From Rhodospirillales bacterium (GTDB lineage: Bacteria > Pseudomonadota > Alphaproteobacteria > Kiloniellales > CBDCUY01), in assembly GCA_965222795.1 (NCBI GenBank), contig OZ244972.1, positions 3,008,222-3,072,221 of the forward strand: a DNA stretch of 64,000 nt, written 5' to 3'. The number at the start of each line of letters is the position of its first letter. Positions within the stretch are counted from its first letter, which is position 1. The translations under genes were made by a program, and so were the position numbers. Below the pieces are notes generated by a model. The model had not been told where the DNA came from. It did no database searches and worked only from the letters and a program-made list of their open reading frames with translations. This document shows, in pieces, positions 36,700-46,214 of the stretch.

Positions 36700-37824
36700 A
36701 TGACACAGCAATTACAAGTAATGGTGGTTGATGATTCAGCGGTCATTCGCTCCTTTCTCACTAAGGCGCTGGAGGCTGACCCGAGCATCAAAGTTGTCGC
36801 CACTGCTTCAAATGGAAAGCACGCGTTGAGTGCGCTTTCGCACACGAGCGTCGAGGTGATTGTGCTGGACATACAAATGCCGGTAATGGATGGCATTACA
36901 GCACTGCCAAAGCTTCTCGAGATTAATCCATCAGTAAAGATTATTATTGCCTCGACTTTGAGTCGCGCCAACGCCGAGATCACCCTCAAAGCACTCCAAG
37001 CCGGCGCGTCCGACTACGTGACTAAGCCGAGCGCCAAAGAGGAGATCCGCTCCTCGACCGATTTTCAACGGGAGTTGATCGCCAAAGTTAAAGCCTTGGG
37101 GGACTCGACAAGGTCGAAGTTCAAGCCGGGCCATCTGCAGGGGCGGCAAACAAGCTCATTCGCAAAAGCCAAAGCGAGCGCAAGTACCCGGACCACCCCG
37201 ACTGTTCAGCCACGGATCATGCGCGCGCCCTTGGTGACGCTTCCGCCTGAAGTCATTGCCATTGGCAGCTCGACAGGAGGTCCTAACGCGCTTACCTCCG
37301 TGATCGGTTCTTTGGGCGGAAAGATCCCACAGCCAATTGTTATCACCCAGCACATGCCAGCCACTTTTACCACGCTTCTTGCCGAAAATATCACGCGTGT
37401 TACCGGATATCCCTGCCAGGAAGCGACGGACGGAGCTGAGCTAGTCGGTGGAAAAATTTACCTTGCGCCAGGCAACTACCACATGCTGGTGGCAAAGGAA
37501 GACGATCGCAATTTGCTGCGCCTCACCCAGTCACCACCCGAAAACTACTGTAGGCCTTCAGTCGACCCGATGCTCCGCTCGCTGATTGCGACCTTCGGCG
37601 CCCGGGTTTTCGTGGTTATCCTGACCGGGATGGGTTCGGATGGTTTGGAAGGTAGCCGAGCGGTTACAGAGGCTGGTGGCAGTGTGATAGCCCAAGACGA
37701 GGCGACCAGTGTGGTCTGGGGTATGCCAGGGGCCGTGGCAAATGCTGGGCTCTGCTCTTCAATACTCCCACTGAAAGAAATTGGACCATTCATACGCAAG
37801 AGTGCGATGAGGACTGCGGCATGA
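36700..37824 (+). CDS. cheB: chemotaxis methylesterase CheB (REC plus esterase)
   Basis: ATG 36700 gives ..VMVVDDSAVIR... The esterase part has ..IAIGSSTGGP.. and ..LTGMGSDG... Confidence 0.9.
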   Translation: MTQQLQVMVVDDSAVIRSFLTKALEADPSIKVVATASNGKHALSALSHTSVEVIVLDIQMPVMDGITALPKLLEINPSVKIIIASTLSRANAEITLKALQAGASDYVTKPSAKEEIRSSTDFQRELIAKVKALGDSTRSKFKPGHLQGRQTSSFAKAKASASTRTTPTVQPRIMRAPLVTLPPEVIAIGSSTGGPNALTSVIGSLGGKIPQPIVITQHMPATFTTLLAENITRVTGYPCQEATDGAELVGGKIYLAPGNYHMLVAKEDDRNLLRLTQSPPENYCRPSVDPMLRSLIATFGARVFVVILTGMGSDGLEGSRAVTEAGGSVIAQDEATSVVWGMPGAVANAGLCSSILPLKEIGPFIRKSAMRTAA

Positions 37825-38660
37825 ACCTGCAAGATTTCGAATGGATTGCCCGACTGCTAAAAGATCGCTCCGGGCTCGTCCTCTCGCAGGACAAAGCTTA
37901 TTTGATCGAGAGCCGGTTGAATCCCGTCGCTCGAAAGCATGAGATGAAGTCCTGCGAGGAATTGATTTCGAAGCTGCGTATGAACGGCAACGAAAGTGTT
38001 CTGCGGGAAGTGGTCGAAGCCATGACCACCAACGAATCGTTCTTTTTCCGGGATCAGAAGCCGTTTGATCAGTTCAGGGATCTGGTGCTGCCGGAGCTCA
38101 TGCGAAATCGGACCGACCAAAAGCGCCTGAGAGTCTGGAGCGCCGCCGCCTCAAGCGGTCAAGAAGCCTACTCCTTGGCTATCATTCTCAAAGAACAAGC
38201 TAGCAAGCTCAGAGGGTGGAATACGTCAATCTTGGGAACGGACATATCCACCGATATCTTGAAGCGTGCCAAAGAGGGTATCTACACCCAATTCGAAGTG
38301 CAGCGTGGACTGCCTATCAATCACCTGGTGAAGTACTTCAAGAAGTCCGGAGAACGTTGGCAAATCAATGATGATCTCCGCGCCATGGTAGAATTCAAGC
38401 ATCTAAATTTGCTGGATAACTTCGCCAGTCTGGGCAAGTTTGATGTGATCTTTTGTCGCAACGTCCTGATCTACTTTGATCGTGAAACCAAGACCAAGGT
38501 TTTGGATGCGATCGCCAATCACCTTGAGCCTGACGGCTACCTCTATCTCGGTGGCGCGGAAACCATTCTCGGAATTTCCGATAGGTTCGAGCTGATTCCC
38601 GGTTGCCGAGGATTGTTCGGTCTCGTTGGAGATGGAAGCGGTTCAAGGGCCAGCTTGTAG
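37821..38660 (+). CDS. cheR: chemotaxis methyltransferase CheR
   Basis: 279 aa; its ATG overlaps the cheB stop. Motifs ..TTNESFFFRD.. and ..RVWSAAASSGQEAYS.. are present. Confidence 0.9.
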   Translation: MNLQDFEWIARLLKDRSGLVLSQDKAYLIESRLNPVARKHEMKSCEELISKLRMNGNESVLREVVEAMTTNESFFFRDQKPFDQFRDLVLPELMRNRTDQKRLRVWSAAASSGQEAYSLAIILKEQASKLRGWNTSILGTDISTDILKRAKEGIYTQFEVQRGLPINHLVKYFKKSGERWQINDDLRAMVEFKHLNLLDNFASLGKFDVIFCRNVLIYFDRETKTKVLDAIANHLEPDGYLYLGGAETILGISDRFELIPGCRGLFGLVGDGSGSRASL

Positions 38661-38897
38661 GGGCCGGCGCCCGCCGGCAAAAAGGCCTTACGAGATCGCG
38701 ACGCACCCGTTTCAGTCGTGGTTCGCCACTTCGTCAGAAGTCAAGCGCAATTGATCCCAAATTGCCGTCCGTCGCTCTAGCCGGGTAACCCTTTTACTCC
38801 ACGCCACCACATCCCGTCTCCTCTTCCCTACAGGCCAATTTCGAAGGCGGATGCCCAAGGTCGCACCGTGTCGCGCGGCTTTTCATTGAAGCAAGGC

Positions 38898-38929
38898 AAA
38901 AAAAACCGACCGCGGAGACCCACGGCCGG
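38898..38929 (-). terminator. rho-independent terminator of ctrA
   Basis: Minus-strand RNA CCGGCCGUGG-GUCU-CCGCGGUCGG (10-bp stem with two G-U pairs) is followed by U8. It begins 32 nt after the ctrA stop. Confidence 0.6.
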
Positions 38930-38960
38930 CATGAAATCTTTGGAACGATCGAGAAAGGTT

Positions 38961-39683
38961 CTAGGCGTTTACCGCCCTGCGGTCAGCGGTCTGTTCGACG
39001 GGCTTGTCTACCGGATCGCGCAGGACATACCCGCGACCCCAAACGGTCTCGATGTAGTTGTCGCCACCGGTCGCCGAAGCCAACTTCTTGCGCAGCTTGC
39101 AAACGAAGACATCGATGATCTTCAGTTCGGGTTCGTCCATGCCGCCGTAAAGGTGATTGAGGAACATTTCCTTCGTCAAGGTGGTGCCCTTGCGCAGGGA
39201 AAGAAGCTCCAGGATCCCGTATTCCTTGCCGGTCAAGTGTAGTGGTTGCCCAGACACCTCAACGGTTCGGGTGTCGAGATTGACCGTCAGTTTGCCGGTG
39301 CGAATAATCGAGTCTGAGTGGCCTTTTGAGCGCCTGACAATCGCATGAATCCGGGCAATTAACTCACGCTTGTCGAAGGGCTTGGTGAGATAGTCGTCGG
39401 CGCCAACGCCGAGCCCTTTGATTTTCTCATCCAAACCAGTCAGGCCGGAGAGAATCAAGATTGGCGTGCGAACCCTTGCAGCCCGCAGCCTTCTGAGCAC
39501 TTCGTAGCCATCAATGTCAGGCAGCATCAAGTCCAGGATGATGATGTCGTAGTCATAGAGCTTGCCGATTTCCAGCCCATCTTCACCCATGTCGGTGGTG
39601 TCGCACACATACCCTTCGGATTTTAGCATCCTCTCGATGGTTTGGGCGGTGGCGCTGTCGTCCTCGACCAAAAGGATTCTCAT
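38961..39683 (-). CDS. ctrA: cell-cycle/motility response regulator CtrA (OmpR-type)
   Basis: 240 aa. MRILLVEDD...[23 protein letters not shown]...PILILSGL.., with a winged-helix C-terminus ..[13 protein letters not shown]... Very CtrA-like. Confidence 0.85.
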   Translation of the reverse strand: MRILLVEDDSATAQTIERMLKSEGYVCDTTDMGEDGLEIGKLYDYDIIILDLMLPDIDGYEVLRRLRAARVRTPILILSGLTGLDEKIKGLGVGADDYLTKPFDKRELIARIHAIVRRSKGHSDSIIRTGKLTVNLDTRTVEVSGQPLHLTGKEYGILELLSLRKGTTLTKEMFLNHLYGGMDEPELKIIDVFVCKLRKKLASATGGDNYIETVWGRGYVLRDPVDKPVEQTADRRAVNA

Positions 39684-39750
39684 CTTGTGTTCCTCAACAG
39701 CCTGCGCAGTAAGTGAAAGTGTCTTCGTTAACCATTCTCCGGAAGAAACA

Positions 39751-39765
39751 TTAAAAAATACTTAG
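39751..39765. promoter_or_regulatory. near-consensus CtrA box (TTAA-N7-TTAG) in the ctrA/fliI divergent intergenic region
   Basis: TTAAAAAATACTTAG has one mismatch to TTAA-N7-TTAA. Confidence 0.2.
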
Positions 39766-39919
39766 CGGTCTTTTTTCAATTAGTCACGTCTTTTACTGAA
39801 GATTAAGCTCGAAAATACACATTGTCATTTTGATCCCTTGCAGCTCACTTCACATTTGGGGCCAGCCCAATGCGGTGTCATTGCATTACATCACCCAGCC
39901 TTCGTCATAACTTGGTTTT

Positions 39920-41272
39920 ATGAGCGAACTAGTCCAGAAAATCTACAACCTACCAGAGTATCGTGTTTATGGCCGAGTCTCGGGCGTGCTCGGTCTCATG
40001 GTAGAAATCGCCGGCTTGGAACGCGTGGTGTCAATCGGCGGGCGCTGTGAAATCGAGGCGAGGGGCGGGGTTCGGGTGCCGGCAGAATGTATTGGTTTTC
40101 GAAACGAGAAGGCGCTGGCACTCCCCTTTGCCAACCTCGACGGAGTCGGGGTTGGGTGTAAGGCGGAACTCACGGACTCCGATCCATCAATTTGGCCGAC
40201 GAAGGGATGGCTTGGGCGGGTGGTGAACGCCTTTGGCGAGCCAATCGATGGTAAAGATCCCCTGGACATTGGGCCGAGAGCCTATGCCTTACGAGCCGCA
40301 CCGCCGCCGGCCCACGCGCGCCAGCGTCTCGGTGGCAAGTTGGACCTAGGGGTCCGTGCCATTAACAGCTTTCTCACCTGCTGCCGAGGTCAGCGCATGG
40401 GCATTTTCGCCGGTTCCGGCGTCGGCAAATCGGTGCTTCTGGCGATGATGGCGCGTTACACCACGTCCGACGTGAACATCATCGGCTTGATCGGCGAGCG
40501 CGGACGCGAGGTTCAGGAATGGCTGATCGACGACCTGGGTGAGGAGGGGCTAGCCCGATCGGTGGTTGTCGTCGCGACGTCGGATGAGACGGCCTTGGTT
40601 CGCCGGCAAGCCGCCTACTTGACCATGGCGCTGGCCGAGTTTTTCCGTGACACGGGCGCCGACGTCTTATGTTTGATTGATTCGATTACGCGATTTGCCA
40701 TGGCCCTTCGGGAAATTGGCCTCTCCGCCGGCGAGCCACCGGCGAGCAAAGGTTATACCCCCTCGGTTTTTGCCGAGCTTCCAAGGCTCCTAGAACGGGC
40801 CGGTCCCTCGATCGATCAGGGGTCGATTACCGGCCTCTTTACAGTTTTGGTGGAAGGCGATGATCACAACGAACCGATTTCCGATGCGGTACGAGGCATT
40901 TTGGATGGTCATATACTGCTTGACCGTTCGATTGCTGAACGCAACCGCTTTCCGGCGATCAATCTCCTGCGCAGTGTATCGCGCAGCTTGCCGAACTGTA
41001 ATGACGAAGCCGAGAACGCGCTGATTACCAAGGCACGCGGCCTGCTCGCGACCTATGAGGACATGGCGGAACTTATTCGCATCGGCGCCTACAAACAGGG
41101 GGCCGACCCAGGCGTCGACGAGGCCATCCAGTATTACCGGGATTTGGATCTTTTTCTCAGTCAAGACAAGAACGAGCGCTGCGACTTACAGACCGGTTAC
41201 GCGCAGCTTGCCAGCATTTTAGGCGTGGAAGGCTTTGCGCCGCCGGCCGCTGAGCAAGGAAGCGAAGAATGA
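39920..41272 (+). CDS. fliI: flagellum-specific ATPase FliI
   Basis: 450 aa. Walker A GSGVGKS, Walker B ..VLCLIDS.., F1-beta-like fold sequence. Confidence 0.9.
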   Translation: MSELVQKIYNLPEYRVYGRVSGVLGLMVEIAGLERVVSIGGRCEIEARGGVRVPAECIGFRNEKALALPFANLDGVGVGCKAELTDSDPSIWPTKGWLGRVVNAFGEPIDGKDPLDIGPRAYALRAAPPPAHARQRLGGKLDLGVRAINSFLTCCRGQRMGIFAGSGVGKSVLLAMMARYTTSDVNIIGLIGERGREVQEWLIDDLGEEGLARSVVVVATSDETALVRRQAAYLTMALAEFFRDTGADVLCLIDSITRFAMALREIGLSAGEPPASKGYTPSVFAELPRLLERAGPSIDQGSITGLFTVLVEGDDHNEPISDAVRGILDGHILLDRSIAERNRFPAINLLRSVSRSLPNCNDEAENALITKARGLLATYEDMAELIRIGAYKQGADPGVDEAIQYYRDLDLFLSQDKNERCDLQTGYAQLASILGVEGFAPPAAEQGSEE

Positions 41273-41703
41273 GCTCCCTGGCTGGCCTGGTGCGCCTGCA
41301 TCACTGGATTCTGGAAGAAGAAAAGCGCAAGCTTGTGGAATTGGAGAAACTGTTTGATCGTGTGAGCGGCGAGCTCGACGAACTCGAACAGGGCTTAGAG
41401 CAGGAAGGCTCCTTAGCGGCCAAGTCGCTCGAAGGGACCTTCGCCTATGCCGGCTTTATGTCCGCTGAGCTGGAACGCCGCCGCCGATTGCGCCGGTCGC
41501 TGGCGAACTTGGAGCAGGCCATGGCCCAGGCACGTGAGGATCTTGCCGAAGCCTACCGGGAAAGCAAAAAGTTCGAATTCGCGGAAGCCAATCAGCAGCA
41601 CCGCGAGGAATTGACCCGCAGACGGCGGGATCAGTCGGCGATGGACGAACTAGGGCTCGTCCTCTACCGGCGCCGAGAATCCCACGACGGCAACGAAAAC
41701 TAG
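41269..41703 (+). CDS. fliJ: flagellar export chaperone FliJ-like coiled-coil protein
   Basis: 144 aa, charged heptad-rich sequence. Its ATG overlaps the fliI stop (ATGA), the canonical position after fliI. Confidence 0.55.
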   Translation: MSSLAGLVRLHHWILEEEKRKLVELEKLFDRVSGELDELEQGLEQEGSLAAKSLEGTFAYAGFMSAELERRRRLRRSLANLEQAMAQAREDLAEAYRESKKFEFAEANQQHREELTRRRRDQSAMDELGLVLYRRRESHDGNEN

Positions 41704-41897
41704 CTTTTTTGAATCAGAACTCTCGGAAATTCCGGCAGAACATCGTTCATTAGCCGAGCAACGACTTCAATCGTTGCACAATTGCCTCTAATCTATAGGA
41801 TTTGACCGGCACCGCCGGTGCCGTTAGAAGGGCGAAGGCTAACCTTTTCCGCATCTATCCAGAGGCCAAGAGGTTGACAAGCCAGAGGAGATGAGGC

Positions 41898-42275
41898 TTG
41901 GCCGAGACAATGACGCTCATTGCCGGGCGCACCAGCAAGCAGGGAACAAGCCTCAATGCTGGCAAGCTTAAGGCAGAATACCGTGAGGTCACCTCGACAG
42001 GAGAAATGAATCTGGGGGATATGGAGCGCCTTGGCCTGAAAGATGGTGATTGTGTCAGGTTGCGGTCTGCAGCTGGTGAGGCGATCATTCGCTGCAAGGG
42101 GCGCAAGCCCGAGGATCTGCCGCCAGGGATGATCTTTATCGCCTATGGACCGCCCTCCAGCCAGCTGATGGGCGCCGACACGGCGCTGAGCGGCATGCCG
42201 TTGTCAAAAAATCTCGATGTCGAGGTTGAGCCCGTTGCCGGCAACGGCGTCGAAGTCGCGGATGATGGGGGATAG
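41898..42275 (+). CDS. formylmethanofuran dehydrogenase subunit D-like protein (molybdopterin-dinucleotide-binding beta-barrel domain)
   Basis: 125 aa. ..TLIAGRTSKQG...MNLGDMERLGLKDGDCVRLRSAAGEAIIRCK...PPGMIFIAYGP.. is typical of FwdD/FmdD and of domain IV of Mo/W-bisPGD enzymes. TTG start lies 8 nt after GAGGAG. Confidence 0.65.
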   Translation: MAETMTLIAGRTSKQGTSLNAGKLKAEYREVTSTGEMNLGDMERLGLKDGDCVRLRSAAGEAIIRCKGRKPEDLPPGMIFIAYGPPSSQLMGADTALSGMPLSKNLDVEVEPVAGNGVEVADDGG

Positions 42276-42277
42276 TT

Positions 42278-43594
42278 GTGAGCGAAAACATTCAAGTCAT
42301 TGAAAATGCCACTTGTACGTTTTGCGGCTGCGTTTGCGACGATCAAAAGCTCACCGTTGATGTTGATGAAAAGCGCATAATCAAGGTTCAAAACACCTGC
42401 GTCCTGGGCCGCGCGTGGTTTACAGAGCATGCCCATGAGGAGCGTCCGGCGGCACTAATCGATGGCCGTGAAGCCACTGTCGAAGAAGCGGTGGAGGAAG
42501 CGGCATCAATCCTGGCAGCGGCACGTTTTCCCATAACCTACGGACTTTCCGACACGACCTGTGAGGCGCAAAAGCAAGCCGTTGCCATAGCCGATCTGAT
42601 TGGTGGCTGTATCGACACGACCACGTCGGTTTGCCATGGCCCTTCGGGAATAGCCTTCGAAGGGGTCGGTGAGAGCACGGCAACCCTGGGGGAGATTAGG
42701 AACCGGGCGGACCTGGTGATCTTTTGGGGCGGTAACCCGGCCGAATCTCACCCCAGGCTTTTCGGTCGCTACGCCTTGACCCCCAAAGGCATGTTTACCC
42801 CTAATGGTCGGCGTGATCGTACCGCCGTTCTGGTTGACGTGCGCCGCACCAAGAGTGCCCCGGTTGCCGACATCTTCATTCAGGTAAAGCCGGGCAGCGA
42901 TTTTGAAGTCCTTTGGACCTTGCGGGCCCTTGTGAAGGGCGCCCGCGTGGACCCTTCGATCGAATCCCGCACCGGCGTTGCCCTGGCAACCCTGGAAGAC
43001 CTCGCCGAACGCATGAAATCCTGCCGCTACGGGGCCCTGTTGTTCGGCATGGGGCTCACCATGACCCGCGGGCGACACTTCAACTCAGGGGCCTTGCTCG
43101 CTCTTGCCAGTGACCTCAACGAGTACACCCACTTTGTCGCCAAGCCGGTCCGGGGCCACGGCAACGTGACCGGTGCCGACAATGTTGTCTCATGGCAGAC
43201 CGGCTATCCCTTCGGCGTCAACTTCTCGCGCGGCTACCCGCGGTTTAACCCCGGTGAATTTACCACCGTCGATTTGCTCGCCAAGCAGGATGCCGATGCG
43301 GCGCTGGTCATTGCCAGTGATCCGGCGTCGAACTTCCCCAAGAAGGCGGTAGAGCGACTGCAGCAGATTCCGGTGATCGTGTTGGATCCGAAGGAGACCG
43401 TCACCAGTCGTCTGGCCAGGGTCGCGTTCACCACAGCGCCTTATGGGATTTCGGTGCCGGGGACAGTTTACCGGATGGACGATGTGCCGATACCGCTGCG
43501 CCCAGCCTTCGATTCTCCCTATCCAAGTGACGAAGCGATCTTGACCGCCATAAAGGAACGCCTGAGCGCCCTTCGAGGTGCTGCTACCGCCTAA
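42278..43594 (+). CDS. fhcB: formylmethanofuran dehydrogenase subunit B-like protein (FwdB/FhcB)
   Basis: 438 aa; GTG start 2 nt after the D-like stop. N-terminal CTFCGCVC...C41 cysteine cluster. ..TTSVCHGPSG.. has a Cys119-His120 dyad (TGC 42632-42634). Confidence 0.8.
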   Translation: MSENIQVIENATCTFCGCVCDDQKLTVDVDEKRIIKVQNTCVLGRAWFTEHAHEERPAALIDGREATVEEAVEEAASILAAARFPITYGLSDTTCEAQKQAVAIADLIGGCIDTTTSVCHGPSGIAFEGVGESTATLGEIRNRADLVIFWGGNPAESHPRLFGRYALTPKGMFTPNGRRDRTAVLVDVRRTKSAPVADIFIQVKPGSDFEVLWTLRALVKGARVDPSIESRTGVALATLEDLAERMKSCRYGALLFGMGLTMTRGRHFNSGALLALASDLNEYTHFVAKPVRGHGNVTGADNVVSWQTGYPFGVNFSRGYPRFNPGEFTTVDLLAKQDADAALVIASDPASNFPKKAVERLQQIPVIVLDPKETVTSRLARVAFTTAPYGISVPGTVYRMDDVPIPLRPAFDSPYPSDEAILTAIKERLSALRGAATA

Positions 43595-43623
43595 TCACCC
43601 ACACTATTCTACAGTGCCTATCG

Positions 43624-45285
43624 ATGCCGGAATCCATCAAAATCGTTAATGCCCGCGTCTATGACCCCATCAACAATATTGATGGAGAGGTGCGTGATAT
43701 CTGCGTCAGCGATGGGAAAGTTGTTACAGCGGTCGGACCTGAGGCAAAAAGGATTGATGCACAAGGCATGGTGGTTATGCCGGGCGGGGTGGACATTCAT
43801 TGCCACATCGCCGGACCGAAGGTGAACCTGGCGCGCAAGCTGCAACCGGAAGACCATCGCCACGACGTGCATCCGCGCACGGCTCACACCCGCTCCGGTA
43901 CCGGGGGCACGGTACCATCCACATTCGCCACCGGGTACCGCTATGCGACCCTGGGCTACACGACGGCGATGGAGGCGGCGGTGCCGCCAATTGCCGCCCG
44001 GCACACCTTGGAGGAGCTCAACGACACGCCGGTGATCGACAAGGGCTTCTATGTCCTCCTAGGAAACAATGTCCTGCTCAATCAGCTCTTGGAGCAAGGG
44101 CGGATGGAGGAATTTCGCCAGGCGGTGGCTTGGTGGGTCAATGTGACCAAGTCCTACACCATAAAGCTCGTAAATCCGGCAGGCGATGAAGCCTGGAAAG
44201 GCAAGCGCAATCACACCATCGTCGGGCTTGACGAACAAGCCGGGCCCTTTGCCGTTACGCCGCGCAAAGTAGTCCAGGCCTTGGTCGAGGTGGCCCACGA
44301 TCTCGGCTTGCCCCATCCGGCCCATATCCATTGCAACAACCTTGGCCACAGCGGCAATTTTGAGACGACTTTGGGCACCATGGCGGCGGCAGAGGGGCGT
44401 CGCGCCCATATCACCCACATACAGTTTCACAGCTATGCCGGCAAGCCGGGCGGCAATCCGACCTCGGCTGCCGCGAAGATCGCCGAATATATCGATGCCA
44501 ACCCCAACATCAGCGCCGATGTGGGCCAGGTGATGTTCGGCAAGTCGATGATCATGACGGCTGATGCGCCGCTCGCCTATCTACTGCGCAACTACAGCCA
44601 CGATCGCCGCTGGGTCAACGCCGATACGGAGTGCGAGAGTGGCTGCGGCATCCTACCGTTCGCCTATCAGGAGCACATCTATACCCATGCCCTACAGTGG
44701 GGTATCGGGCTCGAGCTATTTCTCCTGGCCAAAGACCCCTGGCGCATGGTGCTTTCGACCGACCATCCGAACGGCGGTTCCTTCATGAGCTATCCTCGGC
44801 TGATACGATTGCTCATGGATAGTGCCTTTCGCCGCGAGGAAATCGCTCGGGTGAACCAAAGGGCGATAAAGAAGACCAGCCTGCTGGACGGACTCGACCG
44901 TGAATACTCGCTCTATGAAATCGCCATTGTCACGCGGGCGGGTCCGGCCCGCTTGCTCGGTCTGGCCAACAAAGGACATCTCGGCCCGGGCGCCGACGCC
45001 GACATCACCATTTACGACGAACAAGACGACAAAGAGGCCATGTTCTCTGTCCCGCGCTACGTGATCAAGGAAGGGCGCTTGATCATCGAAGATCATGAGT
45101 TTCGCAGTGACCATAACGGCAAGACCCTGCATGTCGCGCCAGACTATGATCCCGCCGTGGAAGATACCATCCGACCGTTCTTCGAAAGTTTTTATTCGAT
45201 GCAGTTCGCCAATTATCCGGTCACGGATCATTACCTGCCGCGCAAGGAAGTGATTAAGACGCGAAAGCAGGCGGAAGAGGAGTAA
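43624..45285 (+). CDS. fhcA: formylmethanofuran dehydrogenase subunit A-like amidohydrolase (FwdA/FhcA)
   Basis: 553 aa with the amidohydrolase metal motif ..GGVDIHCHIAGPK.. and the later ..HIHCNNLG... Confidence 0.85.
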   Translation: MPESIKIVNARVYDPINNIDGEVRDICVSDGKVVTAVGPEAKRIDAQGMVVMPGGVDIHCHIAGPKVNLARKLQPEDHRHDVHPRTAHTRSGTGGTVPSTFATGYRYATLGYTTAMEAAVPPIAARHTLEELNDTPVIDKGFYVLLGNNVLLNQLLEQGRMEEFRQAVAWWVNVTKSYTIKLVNPAGDEAWKGKRNHTIVGLDEQAGPFAVTPRKVVQALVEVAHDLGLPHPAHIHCNNLGHSGNFETTLGTMAAAEGRRAHITHIQFHSYAGKPGGNPTSAAAKIAEYIDANPNISADVGQVMFGKSMIMTADAPLAYLLRNYSHDRRWVNADTECESGCGILPFAYQEHIYTHALQWGIGLELFLLAKDPWRMVLSTDHPNGGSFMSYPRLIRLLMDSAFRREEIARVNQRAIKKTSLLDGLDREYSLYEIAIVTRAGPARLLGLANKGHLGPGADADITIYDEQDDKEAMFSVPRYVIKEGRLIIEDHEFRSDHNGKTLHVAPDYDPAVEDTIRPFFESFYSMQFANYPVTDHYLPRKEVIKTRKQAEEE

Positions 45286-45294
45286 GCAGGCAGC

Positions 45295-46197
45295 ATGCGA
45301 ATTGGCGCTACGGAAGTGGTTGATACCTTCGCTGAGGCCTTTGAGATGTGGGCCACGCGGGTGGTGATCACTGCTGCCACGCCGAAATGGGCCTTAGCGG
45401 CGGCTCGCTCCATGACCGGATTCGCGACCTCGGTTATCGGCTGCAAATGTGAAGCCGGTATCGAGCGTGAACTCGACACCAGCGACACGCCGGACGGCCG
45501 TCCGGGCATAAGCGTGCTCTTGTTTGCGATGGACAGCGAAGGTGTCGCCAAGCGTCTGGTTGAACGCATCGGTCAGTCGGTTATGACCTGTCCCACGACC
45601 GCCTGCTTCAATGGTTTAGAAGCGGACAAGACGGTCGTCGTTGGCGGCAAGCTTCGCTACTTCGGTGATGGCTATCAAATCAGTAAACGACTAGGAGGGC
45701 GACGGCTATGGCGCATCCCGGTCATGGACGGCGAGTTCTTGGTCGATGAACGCTTTGGCGTTCAAAAGGCGGTTGGTGGCGGCAACTTGCTGTTACTGGC
45801 CGGCGATCAGTCGGCCGCTCTTGAGGCGGCGGAAGCGGCCGTCCAGGCCATGCGCAGCGTGGTCGGCGTGATCCTGCCCTTTCCCGATGGCGTGGTTCGC
45901 TCTGGCTCCAAAGTTGGCTCAAGGTACAAGGCCCTTATCGCATCGACCAATGAGGCTTACTGTCCCAGTTTACGGGGGGTTGCACCGAAATCGGAAATTC
46001 CAGAGGATGTTGGGGCGGCTTTAGAGGTGGTCATCGACGGATTGGAACTTTCGGCTGTCAAGGAGGCCACGCGACGCGGCATAGAGGCGGCAGCCGGCGC
46101 CGGCGCGCGCAAGATTTCGGCCGGCAACTATGGTGGCAACCTTGGCAAATTCCGTATTGACCTGCACGCCCTTCTAGCCAGCGGCGCGGAAGCCTAG
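45295..46197 (+). CDS. fhcD: formylmethanofuran--tetrahydromethanopterin N-formyltransferase (Ftr/FhcD)
   Basis: 300 aa. N-terminus ..VVDTFAEAFEMWATRVVITA.. is characteristic of Ftr. Confidence 0.85.
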   Translation: MRIGATEVVDTFAEAFEMWATRVVITAATPKWALAAARSMTGFATSVIGCKCEAGIERELDTSDTPDGRPGISVLLFAMDSEGVAKRLVERIGQSVMTCPTTACFNGLEADKTVVVGGKLRYFGDGYQISKRLGGRRLWRIPVMDGEFLVDERFGVQKAVGGGNLLLLAGDQSAALEAAEAAVQAMRSVVGVILPFPDGVVRSGSKVGSRYKALIASTNEAYCPSLRGVAPKSEIPEDVGAALEVVIDGLELSAVKEATRRGIEAAAGAGARKISAGNYGGNLGKFRIDLHALLASGAEA

Positions 46198-46214
46198 CTG
46201 GGGGGTGAAGGAAG

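Noticed and set aside
38868-39242. 124-aa plus-strand ORF that overlaps the ctrA 3' region.
   Set aside because: It is antisense to the strongly supported ctrA gene and its terminator, and it has no motif.
39684-39919. Multiple CtrA boxes, and a replication-origin-like arrangement next to ctrA.
   Set aside because: Only one near-consensus TTAA-N7-TTAG was found. There are no DnaA-box-like TTATCCACA motifs, so the evidence is insufficient for an origin or a full CtrA operator set.
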